From contig OZ037767.1 in assembly GCA_964035545.1 (NCBI GenBank), positions 22,522,628 through 22,586,627 of the forward strand: a DNA stretch of 64,000 bases, written 5' to 3'. Below are positions 50,501 to 63,699 of the stretch, in pieces. The stretch's first letter is position 1; the number at the start of each line of letters is the position of its first letter. The notes under the pieces were generated by a model, which searched no databases, was not told the DNA's origin, and worked only from the letters and a program-made list of their open reading frames with translations. A program made the translations under genes and the position numbers. Source of the DNA: Bugula neritina. Lineage: Eukaryota > Animalia > Bryozoa.

Positions 50501-53500
50501 ATAACTAAGGATATTAAACTTGACTAAAAATGAAGTTAGCGGGTTTACAGTTTATTTTCTTTGGTATAATAGGCGTGTATGCCAATAAATTTTATCCGAC
50601 ATCTGTTCCATTACGTGTGAAGAGTTTTAGCTCCACCGAGAATGCTGGGTTCAGGTCCCTCCTGGTTGACAATAAGGAGGGAGTGGCATACGTTGGTGCT
50701 CAGTCCACACTTTTTAAACTTCAGTTGTTTTCTAGTCAAAATGTTTTGAGAGAGACTACGCGTCATACACTAAGACCTATAAAACTGGATAAACCATCTT
50801 TTAAAGACAGGTAAACTTTTTAGAAACTCATTTCTATGATGTCTACTATGTTTTCAGCTCATAATATTGCTACTGATATTGATATAAAACTATTTTAGTT
50901 GCTATAAATTCAGCCTTGTTTATGTAATATTATATTGAGGTAAATGTTAATTTCAGGTCAACGAACAGAAATTGGTGGACAACCGTTGCTGCGACTGACC
51001 CCGCGTTTCAGACTTATCAGCCAATCACGGACTTTTTACATGAATTTAATATTCTAGAGAATACTGATTTATTTGAATCTCTTAATCTAAAGCCTCGATT
51101 GTCAGACTATTTACGTGACATTCCATTTGGTTCAGGTACTGACCTCGAAGGAAATGCAGTGTTGGAGGCTACACAACAGTATTCTTCTATATACCAGTCG
51201 CTCAACCTCACATTTAAAGACCACTGTGTACGCCAAGCGAATGTTTTGGCTCTATATTATCAAAGAGATTTGCAAATAAATTTATCTGATCTGAATTTAC
51301 TTTGCGATGCTCATATTCGTGGTATGACACTGATGGGAAATGGTAAATTGTTTGCTATAAAAACTGGGATATTTGGTACAATGCCGGTTTCAGCCACAGG
51401 GACAAATAGATATGATGAATGGCTGCGGTACCAAGGACAGGTTCAACCATTTTTGAGTTGCTTATTCAATCCAGAGTTGCCTATATGTCATCCTAGTTTT
51501 GAAAGTCGTAACCCATTCAACCCCAGTGAATATGATGGTATAGTTACCGATTACCCGGAAAACTCCAATTTAGATAGATTACCTAACAGATCATCTTATC
51601 TTATGCTTTCTCCAGAGAACTACCTTGGAAAGCTCAGACACTGTGACAACACACCAGCTCCTAATAGGTTGGTGATCAGAACCTCTGACCTTGGCATTCT
51701 GAATGACGGCGTGTTGGTAGGTCAGCCAGGTAAGGAGAGCTGTACAGAAGGATCACTAGCCCAGCTTTTTCTAGGTGGTTACCACCCTGACCAGAAAACA
51801 CTCAGCCATTATTCAGCCTCTGGAAATGGTGTGGCTGCTGACAAGCAAGCTATATACGTGCTGACAGAGATTGGGCAGGAGAAACAGCTGGACTTGATGA
51901 AACATTTTCTAAATTTACCAGAGATTTATCCTACAAGTAGCAGTTCAAGTTTGGCAATAGTCAGACTACTAGTTGACGATCAAACTGGTGATATCGATCC
52001 AAAAAGTATTGTCATCTCAAACCCTTTCAAATATACGTGGATAACATCACCATTGAATCGATTTGGTCGCTTAGATAAAACAAGTAGTCAAGAGCAAGTA
52101 GCTTATATTCCCAAACCTGTTGCCTTACATGAAGACACAGAGTTTATGTATTTTTTCTTCAGAGAAGCAGATTGGGAAAATACCCCAGTGCCCAGTTACG
52201 CCATCCGCAGGCATCATCATAGCCTGAATTCATATTCCCATGCCTTATATTTTCCATGGGAAAAGTCATTTATTGATCGTGAATATATAAAGCATGAAGA
52301 GGTACTTTCTAACACATACGAGGAGTTGTACGCACCTGAATATAAAGGGTGGCAGCATATCAATGACAATCTGAAGGTGACTGGCAGAGTTGCTAGAGTC
52401 AGCAAGCGTGACGCTGGGCTTCCATTGGGACTCCAAGATGTAAACCTTTTTGATTTGGATCACAGGCTTTCAATGACTACATTTCAAACATTTGTCAAAT
52501 CGAGGTTGACGTGTAGAGTTCCAGTGGCAGGTAATTTAGCATTTTCTTACTGCTTGTTTTCATTTTTATTTCTGTAATTGTGATGCAATAATTTTAGTAG
52601 CATTTTGTGGAAAAATTAATCCCCACATTAAGATTTTAGAATACTAGCAAATAATTATGATTTATTGTAAATTGATGTCTTAAAGTAAATCTTCTATTTA
52701 AATATGACAATTAATGTATAACTTTGTCTATTAGGGCTTGGACATTGATTCACCTTCAGTGAGCTTGTTGCCATTACACTCTGTTACTTGTCTGCAGTTA
52801 GTACTAGTAGCAAGCAAGTTTCAATCAAAGCATAGCCTTGTTATAAATGTTGATGCTGAATCATTCATCTCATGCTTCATCACACATAAAACTATGCATT
52901 GTCAAACTGTCAAAATAATTAATCATTTTCTGAATGGATTTTGCTACAAACTTGATCAATGTGAATTTGTATATTGCAGTTGAGCTAAATTTATTTTGTT
53001 GATGATTTGCTAAATTTGTGGTTATGTAGAGTTCACCTGATACAATTAGTGTGATAAAAATATTATTGAATTTTTATTTTAAATGTTTTAAAGTGCTAAA
53101 ACCAATGTCTGTGGGTTGCTAGTGTTCTATAGTTGCACAGCTTTTTATACTCCATAATTATAAAAGATTGTGTTTATAAGTTTGTATATTTTTTGTGCCA
53201 TTCTGTCTATAAATTGCTGACTATATTATTTTATGTCTGCTACATTCATATTTATTACTTTGTAGGTGTTCCATTTGTATGGCGGCTTAAAAGAGATACA
53301 ACTCCAATTGGTAATAACTCAGAGCAATGTTTCTCCGAAGTAAGGAAGGCAAAGAACTTATACAGCAAAGACGTTCACTACCGTTCTGTTAGCAGAAGTG
53401 AATATGTGTCTATCCAAAGACAACTTCCAGCTACCAGGGCTAATGTCCTTGCATCAAACCCCGTCATCAAATACTTTTACCTATCTCACTGCAAGGGTTA

Positions 53501-56500
53501 TCGATGGGAGTTTGTCCCTAAACCCAAGTCAAGCTCGGCACTTTTTGTGGAATATACTGAGCTACGAGATGTATACCAAGTTGGCAACATTTTCTATGGT
53601 GTTTTTTCTACTCCATTTGCTAATGAACAGTTACATAAAGCCAATGCTATGCCAAATACTAATATAAAGCCAAGCGTAGACTCAGCCATTTGTACTTTCA
53701 CTTTATCTGATATCCAGTCAACTTTTGATGGCCCTTTCAAAAAGCAAGACAAAACTACTGGAAAGTACAGGCCTTATGGTACTAAAGACGTCACCGGGAT
53801 TGAGCCGAGTCCTTTTTCTCAACAGCGTGATTCGGTTGCAGAGTTGAAGGCATCTACTATTCAAAACATGACTATTGATTTTTTAGATCCAACACAGCCG
53901 TTTTCAGAAGAAATCCGAAACATAGATTTACGGCGTTATTCATCCAGGGTAAACTTTTTTGAAGAAGATGTTTATGGCAGCAGGACCATGTGGAATGATG
54001 TTAAAACTAAACCTCTTTTGACAGAATCTGGGGTGGTGTTTGAAAATATTGTTGTAGAAAAAGTTGGTGATACCTCAATATTATATGTTGCCACCAGTGA
54101 AGGATTTGTATACAAAATACTTAATACTGATTTAGGAGATTCTAAATGCAAAATGACAGATAAAACGAGTTATCTTCAATGGCTTAATCAAACAAAATCA
54201 ATGTCCAGCATTTGGGACAATGAATTCTATGCTTACATGAACAGAAGTATTGACAAAGTGACATTTAAAACAAGCTTTAAATCTGATCTCACAATGGAAA
54301 AAGCGGTCAATTTTCCAGATGATATGGTTTTTGCTAGTGACTGGGACTGCACTCCTTCAACTAAATCTTCTATTTTAGCAGTTTGGAAACCATTCGGTTC
54401 TGTCAAAACAAAAATATGGGACATGAAGCTCGCTGTTACTGATGGTTCAACCAGTCTCGTTCTCTCTACAGATAAGGAAGTGTTACAAATTCCCACAATG
54501 CAATGTAGTTTATATACTCACTGTTCGGCATGTAATGAAGACCCTCAATGTATGTGGAGCAATGGAAAGAAAGCTTGCGAAATACCTAGTGGGACTGTAA
54601 AATCAGATACTGACACTTGCACATGTCACCTTGAGAAAATCACAGCTATTGTAAAGGATGATGTGGTGCTACCTGGTCTAAACCAGCCTTCAAACTTGCT
54701 TCAGCTAGCATGGTTTCTCAATGATACAAAAATGGTGTACCAAAAGTCCAGGGCAATGCTGTCTCATGATACTGCACTTATACTGTTCAATGTCATCCCA
54801 TCCAATGCTGGTACATACGAGTTACGGCACACAGAAACTGGGGAATGCTTAGCTCTTTATGAACTAACAATCAGTAGTTGCGATGATGAAGAGTGCCGGT
54901 ATCAGATTAAGTACCAAGAGTGGTGCAATCGGTATGATACGTTCCTAGAGGAGATGAATGAGTGGCTTACTGACTACAACAGTCACGGTTATTGCTCCAA
55001 TCTCAATTGATCTGTTAAAAATTTAACCTAAATCATGTTTGTTCATTATCATTTATTTTATAAAATATGATATAGAAATTACTTAGTTTTATTTTGAAAT
55101 AGTGTGTTATGTTGCATTCATTTTACATAGAGTTTATATTGTGCATATTTTATATTATAAACAATAATTATACAGAAAATACACTCTATAAAATGAAAAA
55201 TTCTTCCTTAGCTTTTTTACCAACTTGTTCTTATTTAAGTTGATTTCTGCTTTCAAAAATGAAATTTTATTGGTTTTCAAGATATTCGAAACTCACGCAT
55301 AGGTCTTTGAGCTGGCTATTGTTTGAATAACACATTTAAATGTCTGTTTAGTTTGTTATGAGTAAAAATAAATAGCAAATAGTACCCACAACAAGTTTCA
55401 TCAAAACGAAATGAAGTCATAAAATAAAGTTTACTTCAGACCTAATAAATTTTTGCTCTCCATAGCAAAAATATTTGGTGCTATTAAAAAATATACGTAA
55501 TAAGAAATATGGTTGCTAGTTTTTAAATAGACATCATATGCATGCTTACTTTCAAGTCGAGCAAAGTATCTTTAAAAGCAGGCAATTCCATGTGTACTGC
55601 ACTTTAAAAAAATACTAGAACTATGCTAAATTTCAAAAGCTCGATTACTTGCTGAATATAATTTTCAGCATTTAATTGTATTCCTCGGGAATAAAAATTC
55701 ATGGAACAGGGCTGAATCAGGTATGCTGAATAGCTTTTACACCTGCAACAGATAAATAACTTTAAAGTTATAATTTTAATTATTAATTGCTGGTCATTGT
55801 TACTTTGTTACATTGTTATCTCTACCTCATTACTTATGAAGAAGGCATGTTGACTTACGTGCCAATAAACTAAATTAGTTCGAAATGCCTTTCTGAAAAT
55901 GAGTAGTATGAAAATGAATAAATCAGTGCTTTTAAAAGCTCTAGAAATAACCTCAATCTGAAATCTTTATCCATAGACACTTTATCGGCTATTTCATATC
56001 TGATATTATTGAAGATTTTATTCAACACCTAACATATATACTTAAATATTCTCATTTTTTGTGTTATTAAAATCAGTCATGAAAAAAACCAGTGGCCTGT
56101 GCAAACTTAAGACTCTAGAATAATTTCGTTGGATGATTTTAGATTCAATAGCAAGTGCTGCTTCTATTGTTAAATCGGTTAAGTGTTTCAACAAGCCGTA
56201 ATATTTTGATTTAACAAACATTCTAATGCATGAACCTCATGAAAATTTTAGTTAGTGATTCTGGTTTCCCAGTTCAGCTAATTCAAAAAAGTTTTCATTA
56301 TTTTAAGAAATGAGACGAAAATAATGTCGATTGTTTTCAAATTTAATTAGCAACTTGCTGAATATGTTAATCTATAGGTTTGTATTTTATTCATCAGCTA
56401 TCTAAAATATAAAAAGCTACACTGGCAGGAGCGGTTTTTTCTGAGTAAGAAAAAATTTGCTTTATCAAAACTCTAAGCAAAAGCCTGTCACTTGGAAAAA

Positions 56501-59500
56501 TATGAATTTTACACCGTCACAAGTTTGTGAATTATTGCTTATCGTTTTAATATTTCTCATTTATGTAAATTGTCTGTTACAGCATTTATTACCCAACATA
56601 CACATTTTAGATTTTCTCTAGTAATTGTATTTTTTATTATACTTTTGTTCTGTTTCTAAACATCTACAGATGCTTTCCAAGATGGTCTGCCTTTTGGTCA
56701 TGTTGGGCAACTTGCCAACCAAGTTGAGAAAATTGAAAGTAGCCTCAAACCAACAACATTTATTAATCGATATGTGAGCAGAAGTAAACCTGTCTTGATA
56801 CCAGGTGAGGCTTTGCCATGTACGATGTACACTACTTAATTTAATTAATTATGAAGTTTTGCTATGTAGGATGTACAATATGTAGTATAATGTGTTATGA
56901 TTTGCAATGTGTATTACTTGATTGGCAGAATATATCGCAATATGTATTCAGTATATATTATAACCCATATGCTATGTAATATGCCAGAAAATACTGTATA
57001 ATTATATTTAAAGTGTAAAATTATGAGTAAACATATTTTAGTTTGAATAGAATTACCTATGTACAATAATCAAACAGAAAATAAAACATTCAATTTTATT
57101 TCTTGCTATATAAATTTTTGATGTTAAATTTACTATGTATTCATAATACTGTATATTAACATTATTCTATGCTGACATTTTCCTACCCAACACTAACAGA
57201 AATATCCTGATAAAGCAAGTCTAACTTTTTCCATTGAACTGTCATCCCTTCTTCCTGTAGCTCTGGCACTCAACTCTGTGATCACAACTATTACGTAATG
57301 AATAACTTATGGCTTCATATTTTTTTCTGAATTTCAAAACTATTATCAGCAATGAAAGTTTTCTATATGACATTAAAGTTTTGGTATATGGTGCTTAAAC
57401 TATTTTGCTATGGACGTTAAGATTTAAATTCAGCAATAATTTTGTCAGTGCTGTAGAACCAAACCCTCATGAGCAAGTGAGCCATCATCCCGAATTAATT
57501 CTAGATGTATATGCACAAAATTTATTATAAAACCAATACACTTCGCCATGCTGCCCTGAAGTTATATTTAGCTGATAGCCAAGATATGAGCGAATAGTTT
57601 AATAAAATATAAAATTAACATGTCAAAGATTCTCTACAAGCTAGTGGCATACTGTTACCTTATGTTGTAGGCCTGCTAGCCAGCTCTCCTGGTATAAAGA
57701 CATGGGACATCAACTACTTGGGTAACTCCCCACCCTCTGCAATGAGTCGGATCTCAGTCTATGATAGCTCTTCAGAGAAACTCACCCAGTCTTCTATGTC
57801 TATGAGGGATTTCGTTAAAAATGACAACAAAGATCTTTTCATGTTCGATGAAATTCCATCTTTTCTAATGTTAGTCACCGAAACTACTCAAGTTCAGCCA
57901 TTTTGAGAATAAAAACTTAGTGTTTATACCCGTACTAACAAGATAGTAGTCTAAGTACCATGTACTTTGCTTGTTGTTCTTGGGCTATGTAGATACTATC
58001 TGTAGATGTTCAACAACATTTGTAAGTTCGAGCGGTAATAACATCATATTCAACATCTAGAATTCTCTATGCTGCCATGTCGTTCAGTTTTTCATAATGT
58101 TGTTTCTGTTGGGTGTCAAAATTAGGAGTTATTTATATTTTTTATTTGAGGTTTGTGTTTGTAGGAAGGACTTAGCTATGCCTCAGATTTTTAAATGTGA
58201 TCCGTTAATGAAATCGCTACAGAAGCATGTGAGTAAAGCCTGGACCAGCTAATGTTATAGTATATTTACTACAGGGATAGTACATCACTTGGCTTTTTAG
58301 AGTTTTTAAACAATATGTTGTCTAGCAATTAATATGCTTTTTTGATACAGCTTTTTTAACTGCATACCTTCGATACCAAAAAATAATGGAACATGTAGTC
58401 ATATCTTCTACTTCAACTGACCTAGTTTAGCTATAGACACAATCTGCTGCTCACTTATGGAGTATTTTAAACTCTATGAAGGACAAATTAGGGTCACATT
58501 GCTTGTAAGTTCGTCAATAACGTCTTCAACCTACTTTAAACCATTAATAATATAACCTGCATAGTCCATGGTTACTTATGTATCTATCAAATACTTTCTC
58601 TTATAGTTTCTGTCCTACAATAGAAGAGTTATCGTCACAGAGCCCGTCACTATGTCACATGATCGACTTATCTGTTCGATGATTGGCCAAACTTCATTTG
58701 TTCTGATACCAGCTGAAAGTTGGGAGTTGTCTGCTACTGATCTGCACAGCATTGAATACTCAGCTGTGAACTATACCACACACCCTTGGTTGAAGGATGT
58801 AGAATACCATATCGCTCTGAATAACAAGCCTGGAGACTGTATTTATATACCTCGAAACTGGTAAATTCCATCTCCTAGCTTGTAAATTCCACCTCATAGC
58901 TTGTAAATTCCACATGGGAGCTAGTAAATTCCACTTCATAGCTTGTAGATTGCATCTTTTTAATTGCAAGTCTACTTTCTCAGTTGTAAATTTTTTTAAG
59001 TAGAAAATTTTATCTTCGAACTCATCAATTCAGCCTTGTAGTTGGTAAATTCTATCACATAGCTGTAATTTCCACCTTGAAGTAAGTATGTTTCAGAGTT
59101 ATGTTCTCTCGGCTGCTAGCCTATTATACCGTCTGCAGGTATGCTCAGACCTCTCACACTGACCCATTGAGCTCTACAGTAGAATTCACATGGAAAGGAG
59201 AGATGGAGAAAGTGAGCAAGTGGAGCTGTGGAGATCAAGATCTTGGCAGCCAGCACGAGCTCGGCTCTTTTTCCAAGTACTTTTCTGCTGCCAGACCTCA
59301 ACGGGACACGGTCAAAGACGCCCTCATGTGAGATTCTGATTAAATTCTTGATTTTGATCTCTAGCTAATGTTTCTATTATAAAAAGTATTTAGGTAGGTG
59401 CAGTAAGAAAAGAGTTGAGAAAAGATTGTACTCTAGATAAAGAATGTCGCCAAAAACATTTCATTCTTGCTATAATTTCAACCCTCCTCTCCCCCCCTCC

Positions 59501-62500
59501 CCCCCCCCCCCTAAAGAAAATTCATAAAGATAATCAAGAACTTGGGCTTTTGAAATTTATCAGTTACTGCACCTAAATAAGTCATGTAGTTTATGCATTT
59601 TTTTTTATTCTAAATGTTTTGATGACAATTATATACTGTCTTTCAGACATTATTTCGTGTTCTATCTCGGAGACAATCTACTCAGTTCCTTTACCTCCAA
59701 GCAATTTATTAGGAAACAGAAAAGAGTAAGTTGACTGATAATCTATTTAGTTATGACATTAGATTATATCTGCTGTACCTGAGTTATATAGAATGGCCTT
59801 GACCTGATGTCAGTACAATATGTAGTGAGTAATATTCTCCTGTTTATATCTGTTTTTACTGAACAAACAACTGAAATAAACAAATATGTGTATTGCCTGA
59901 GGTAGAAGCAGTAATGAAAATATTGAGAAAAGCCTATGTTCTAGGTTAGCAATGTAGTAAAAGAAGTTGTGTTCTCCCGAGAATTTCAGCCCATGCCCCA
60001 ATTTAAGAGCTTAGGTTATTGAAATTTCTCCACTGTTTCACCTAAATGTGCTGAAAATACTGTAAAGATTTTGCCAGATTCATATGTTTTATGTAGGATG
60101 ACAAGATTTTCGGGAAATTAATAGACTGGAACTCTGAAGTGGAAGAGATTTCCAAGGAGGTGAGCAAGAGACTGGTGTATGTGCACATGTCTGAATTATA
60201 CTCTCTTTTCTTCAGAGATTAGAATACGTTAACTAAAATATATCAATTTAAGAATTATATATAACTAATAAAACTCTATCAGTAATAAAGTGTCATATTT
60301 GATAAGTGCTGTTCTATATTGTAGTTGTTTGAGATGCTAGATATAAACTCAGATGGAAGGTTCTCATTGGCTGATGTACAAAACATCAGTTCTGAGGTAA
60401 ACAGAACTCACTAAGTGTTGCTATACAAGCTTTTAGAGAAAAAGCTACAAAAAAGCTTTCAGTTAAACATAACAAGTGTTTTTGTGTATGATGATTTCAT
60501 TTTGTACTATAATGTATTAAAGTATATCCAATTCAGTAAAGTAGTATTTGTGCATCTAGTAAAAGGGCTGACGCTGACTCTCGGTGTCTGGAGAGTAGTA
60601 AAGGAATTATAAATTTGATTCTAAGTTTACTTAAGTTGTCATAACATACCTCCTGCCTAAAGAAATATTCGAGTTGAATATATTTTACAATCCACACTGA
60701 ATGGTTCTTTTACAGGCCCGGGATGCTTTCGTCAGTCAGATACAAGACAGACTGCAAGACTTTGGAGCCATTATAGACAAGCAACAGAAATTTAATAAAG
60801 AAAAATTAGTAAGATATTCTCACTGTTGATGTAAACTGGAGTTGAGTAAAATGGCTGTAGCTAACTAACATTGATGATGTATATAGCTTTTTGAGGATTG
60901 TGAATATTTGGTTTGTTAGCATTGAACAATGTAAGTTTACTCAATAGCAAAATATAGGTTTTATTTTTCTTTAAAAGTTTCCGAGAATTGTTTACGGTGA
61001 AGGCGTGTGACCTTCCTGTTTATTGAAGGTGAAGGATGCTAGTCAGAAAATGACGCCCACAGAATCAAAAGCTAAAGCCGCCGCACCATCAGCCAAACCA
61101 GCTGCAGCATCAGCAGGAACACCTGCTACGGAATCCTCGGATGACTTGAATCAGATGTTGCAAAATGAACTGAAGCAAGAAATGGACAAGCTCATGAAGG
61201 AAATGGAACTAGAGGAACGTTCGAAAAAACAAAGTAAATGTTTATCTGTGGTTAAAGTATTTTCAAACACTTAGCAAGTTTTTATCTAGAGAGAGATAGT
61301 TTTATGGAACGGAATCGAATAACTTGCGGATTAAAATCTCTTTTCATTGTTAGCCTAGCATCAGATACTACTTTACGACACTTCTGATGTTCACTTACAC
61401 GGATTTTGCGGAAAATACCTCAAATACTTGCTATGCTACTCAAAGCTTTGTAATTTGTAGTCTAATTAAGATAAATGTTTGTTTTATTAGTAAATAAACT
61501 ATCGGAACTGCTGAGGTAAAGTTAGTCCAATTTTAGGGAAATGCTATATTTCATTTGCTCAAAAGCAAAATAAGTCTTCTTTGTTCAATTGTCGTCTACA
61601 ATATCATTGTTATCTAAACTGGCTGGAAGTGAATCACACCCTTGATAGTCACATAACTTGTGTGTTTATTTTATTCAGCAGCGAAAGCTAACAAGAAGCC
61701 AACTGATAAAACAGCAGAAGTGCCATCATCTAAAGATGGTAAACATAATAAAGCTAAACCAACTTCTAAAAAGGCACAAAGTAAGCATATGTGTGACTAA
61801 TTACTATTGGTAGTCTCTCGTACTTTATAGTATTGTTGGTAGTCCCTCCTACTTTATGGTACTATTGGTAGTCCCTCCTACTTTATAGTACTATTGGTAG
61901 TCCCTCCTACTTTATAGTACTATTGGTAGTCCCTCCTACTTTATAGTACTATTGGTAGTCCCCCCTACTTTATAGTACTATTGGTAGTCCCTCCTACTTT
62001 ATAGTACTATTTGTAATACTCATTGTCACTTACATCTGCTATACCAGTTAGTCATTAGTGGAACTCAGTGTGAATTTGTTCTGCGGTGTTTCTCAAACTT
62101 TTGTCAGTTGGGCGAAAAGTATTCAAATCTCGCTGGAGCTAAAGCTAAGCAACCAAACTTTTCATCTCAATTTATATATAATAGTTTTTTCTAAGGAATT
62201 TGTGTTCATGCGTGTGTATATTAAAACTTTGTTGTGTATATTTATTAAGTTCATATTTTAACAAGCTCAAGTGAGTTATTTTGATTATTTGATAGCTAAA
62301 CCATCACCTGAGTCTGCTGGAACTAAGGCTAAAGAGAAATACAAGATGGTGGAGGATGAGGAGATTGAGATTGTAGCAGAAGATGATGATGGTGGTAAGA
62401 ATAGTCAAGCTCCTAACAAATCTCCGACAAATAACTCGGGGGTGAAATCCTCTAAGCAAGGTTCTCCCAAGAAACCAACTTCTAAACAAGCTAAGACTAG

Positions 62501-62555
62501 TGACAGTTCTACAAAGAGCAAGAAGGAACCCAAGAAACAAAAAGAAGAACTTTAA
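47533..62555 (+). CDS. ER-lumenal JmjC/cupin-like protein with EF-hand, Lys/Glu-rich tail and C-terminal KEEL
   Basis: Exons 47533-47539 and 48078-48191 give a signal-like MNAPCLLLSYMVVFLLV. Further exons: 48523-48663, 56670-56804 (GLPFGH...FINRYVSRSKPVLIPG), 57671-, 58165-, 58607- (PGDCIYIPRNW), 59139-, ..., 60325- (LDINSDGRFSLAD), ..., 62296-62555 (...KKQKEEL*). Joining the first three exons across the semaphorin is inferred from phase. Confidence 0.72.
47753..47978 (+). mobile_element. tRNA-derived SINE
   Basis: tRNA-like head, AAGGCCATTGGTGATG core, GGGATAGTCACTATAAACT tail. Confidence 0.7.
50530..55010 (+). CDS. Secreted class-2-like semaphorin (Sema-PSI-Ig), 3 exons (50530-50810, 50957-52530, 53266-55010), ~1199 aa
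   Basis: Signal peptide. Sema motifs YVGAQSTLFKL, YFFFRE, RVARVSKRD, TFVKSRLTC, FYGVFST, SAICTF...FDGPFK and LYVATSEG. PSI CSLYTHCSACNEDPQCMW; Ig-like segment; Sema2-type tail YQEWC...MNEW; no TM helix. Exon lengths sum to 3600 nt. Confidence 0.85.
58862..58950. repeat. 21-bp tandem repeat (aaattccacctcatagcttgt)
   Basis: Directly visible just after a splice donor. Confidence 0.75.
59395..59575. mobile_element. MITE with 12-bp perfect TIR TAGGTGCAGTAA/TTACTGCACCTA
   Basis: Terminal inverted repeats visible. Confidence 0.6.
61802..62012. repeat. 29-bp minisatellite (tactattggtagtccctcctactttatag)n
   Basis: Directly visible, ~7 units. Confidence 0.95.
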
Positions 62556-63339
62556 TCTCGGCTCATTCGGATTTCTTTTGTGAATATGATTTTTAGGAAA
62601 TTTCATTTTATAATTTACTTTGTGACTCACAAAGTGTTAAATTTGTAGAGGCTTGATTTATCAATGAATACTTAACTATGAATTATAATCTTTCACTATA
62701 GAGTGAATGAGTTATTTAACTTTTGAAGTGAAGTTAGTGTTAACTGGATATGTGTTACAAATTTCTTTGTTTTACTCTGTCAATCATACTTTATGTGCCT
62801 AACTTTTACTTTTTGCTGTTTTAATTTTCAAATAACTGTCTGGAACAACAAGAACCTTAATTAGTGAAATGAAGCACTTAGTCTTGAACATTACAATAAA
62901 GAAACACACAAATATTCAGTTCAATCTATCTTCGGGTAATAAAATGTTGTCAGGACAGTGTCATATAAACATTATTCACTGCTGCAAGCCAAGTAACCCG
63001 TGACAGCACGGGAGAAGATAACTCCATGTGTTTGACATGAAGCACAATTGTGGAAATAAGCTCCATCTTAATATTTACTCCATTGCTTGATTTCAGGTCT
63101 AAAACCTATGCTTATAACGTCATTGCTATTGCAATCATCTATAGTAGTTGTCTACTCTTTCCTAAACAGTTATTTCAAGAACAGACGTAGCTATGTTTAC
63201 AGAATAGCTGTGTATAAATGTCTCGCCTATCAGCCAGCATTGCATGCATTTTCTGTACGTGAATAAACAAACCTCTGCAATTTGCATAATCTATATGACA
63301 TGCTATAAACTGTTGTAATACAATGTTTGAGTTGTCCTC

Positions 63340-63633
63340 TCACAGCTCCTCTTTCCTGTTCAGGAATACCGTCACTTTAGGAGCTTCCGGGTCAGATTTT
63401 CCTGGAAGGGTATGTATAGTAGGGGGACGTGGGGCTGGCTTGTAATCTTGAGCACATCTGAAGCCAATGTTCTGAGATGTAAAACCTAGTGGTCTAGCGA
63501 GTCTATAACATAATACAAATATAACAATGACTCACTGCACTAAAACACTATTCAACATTATTTTAATGTTTATTGCTTACATTGTCATAACTCTTAATAT
63601 GGGCATAGCAAATAGTAACTGCCTGTATTTGTG

Positions 63634-63699
<66 letters not shown>

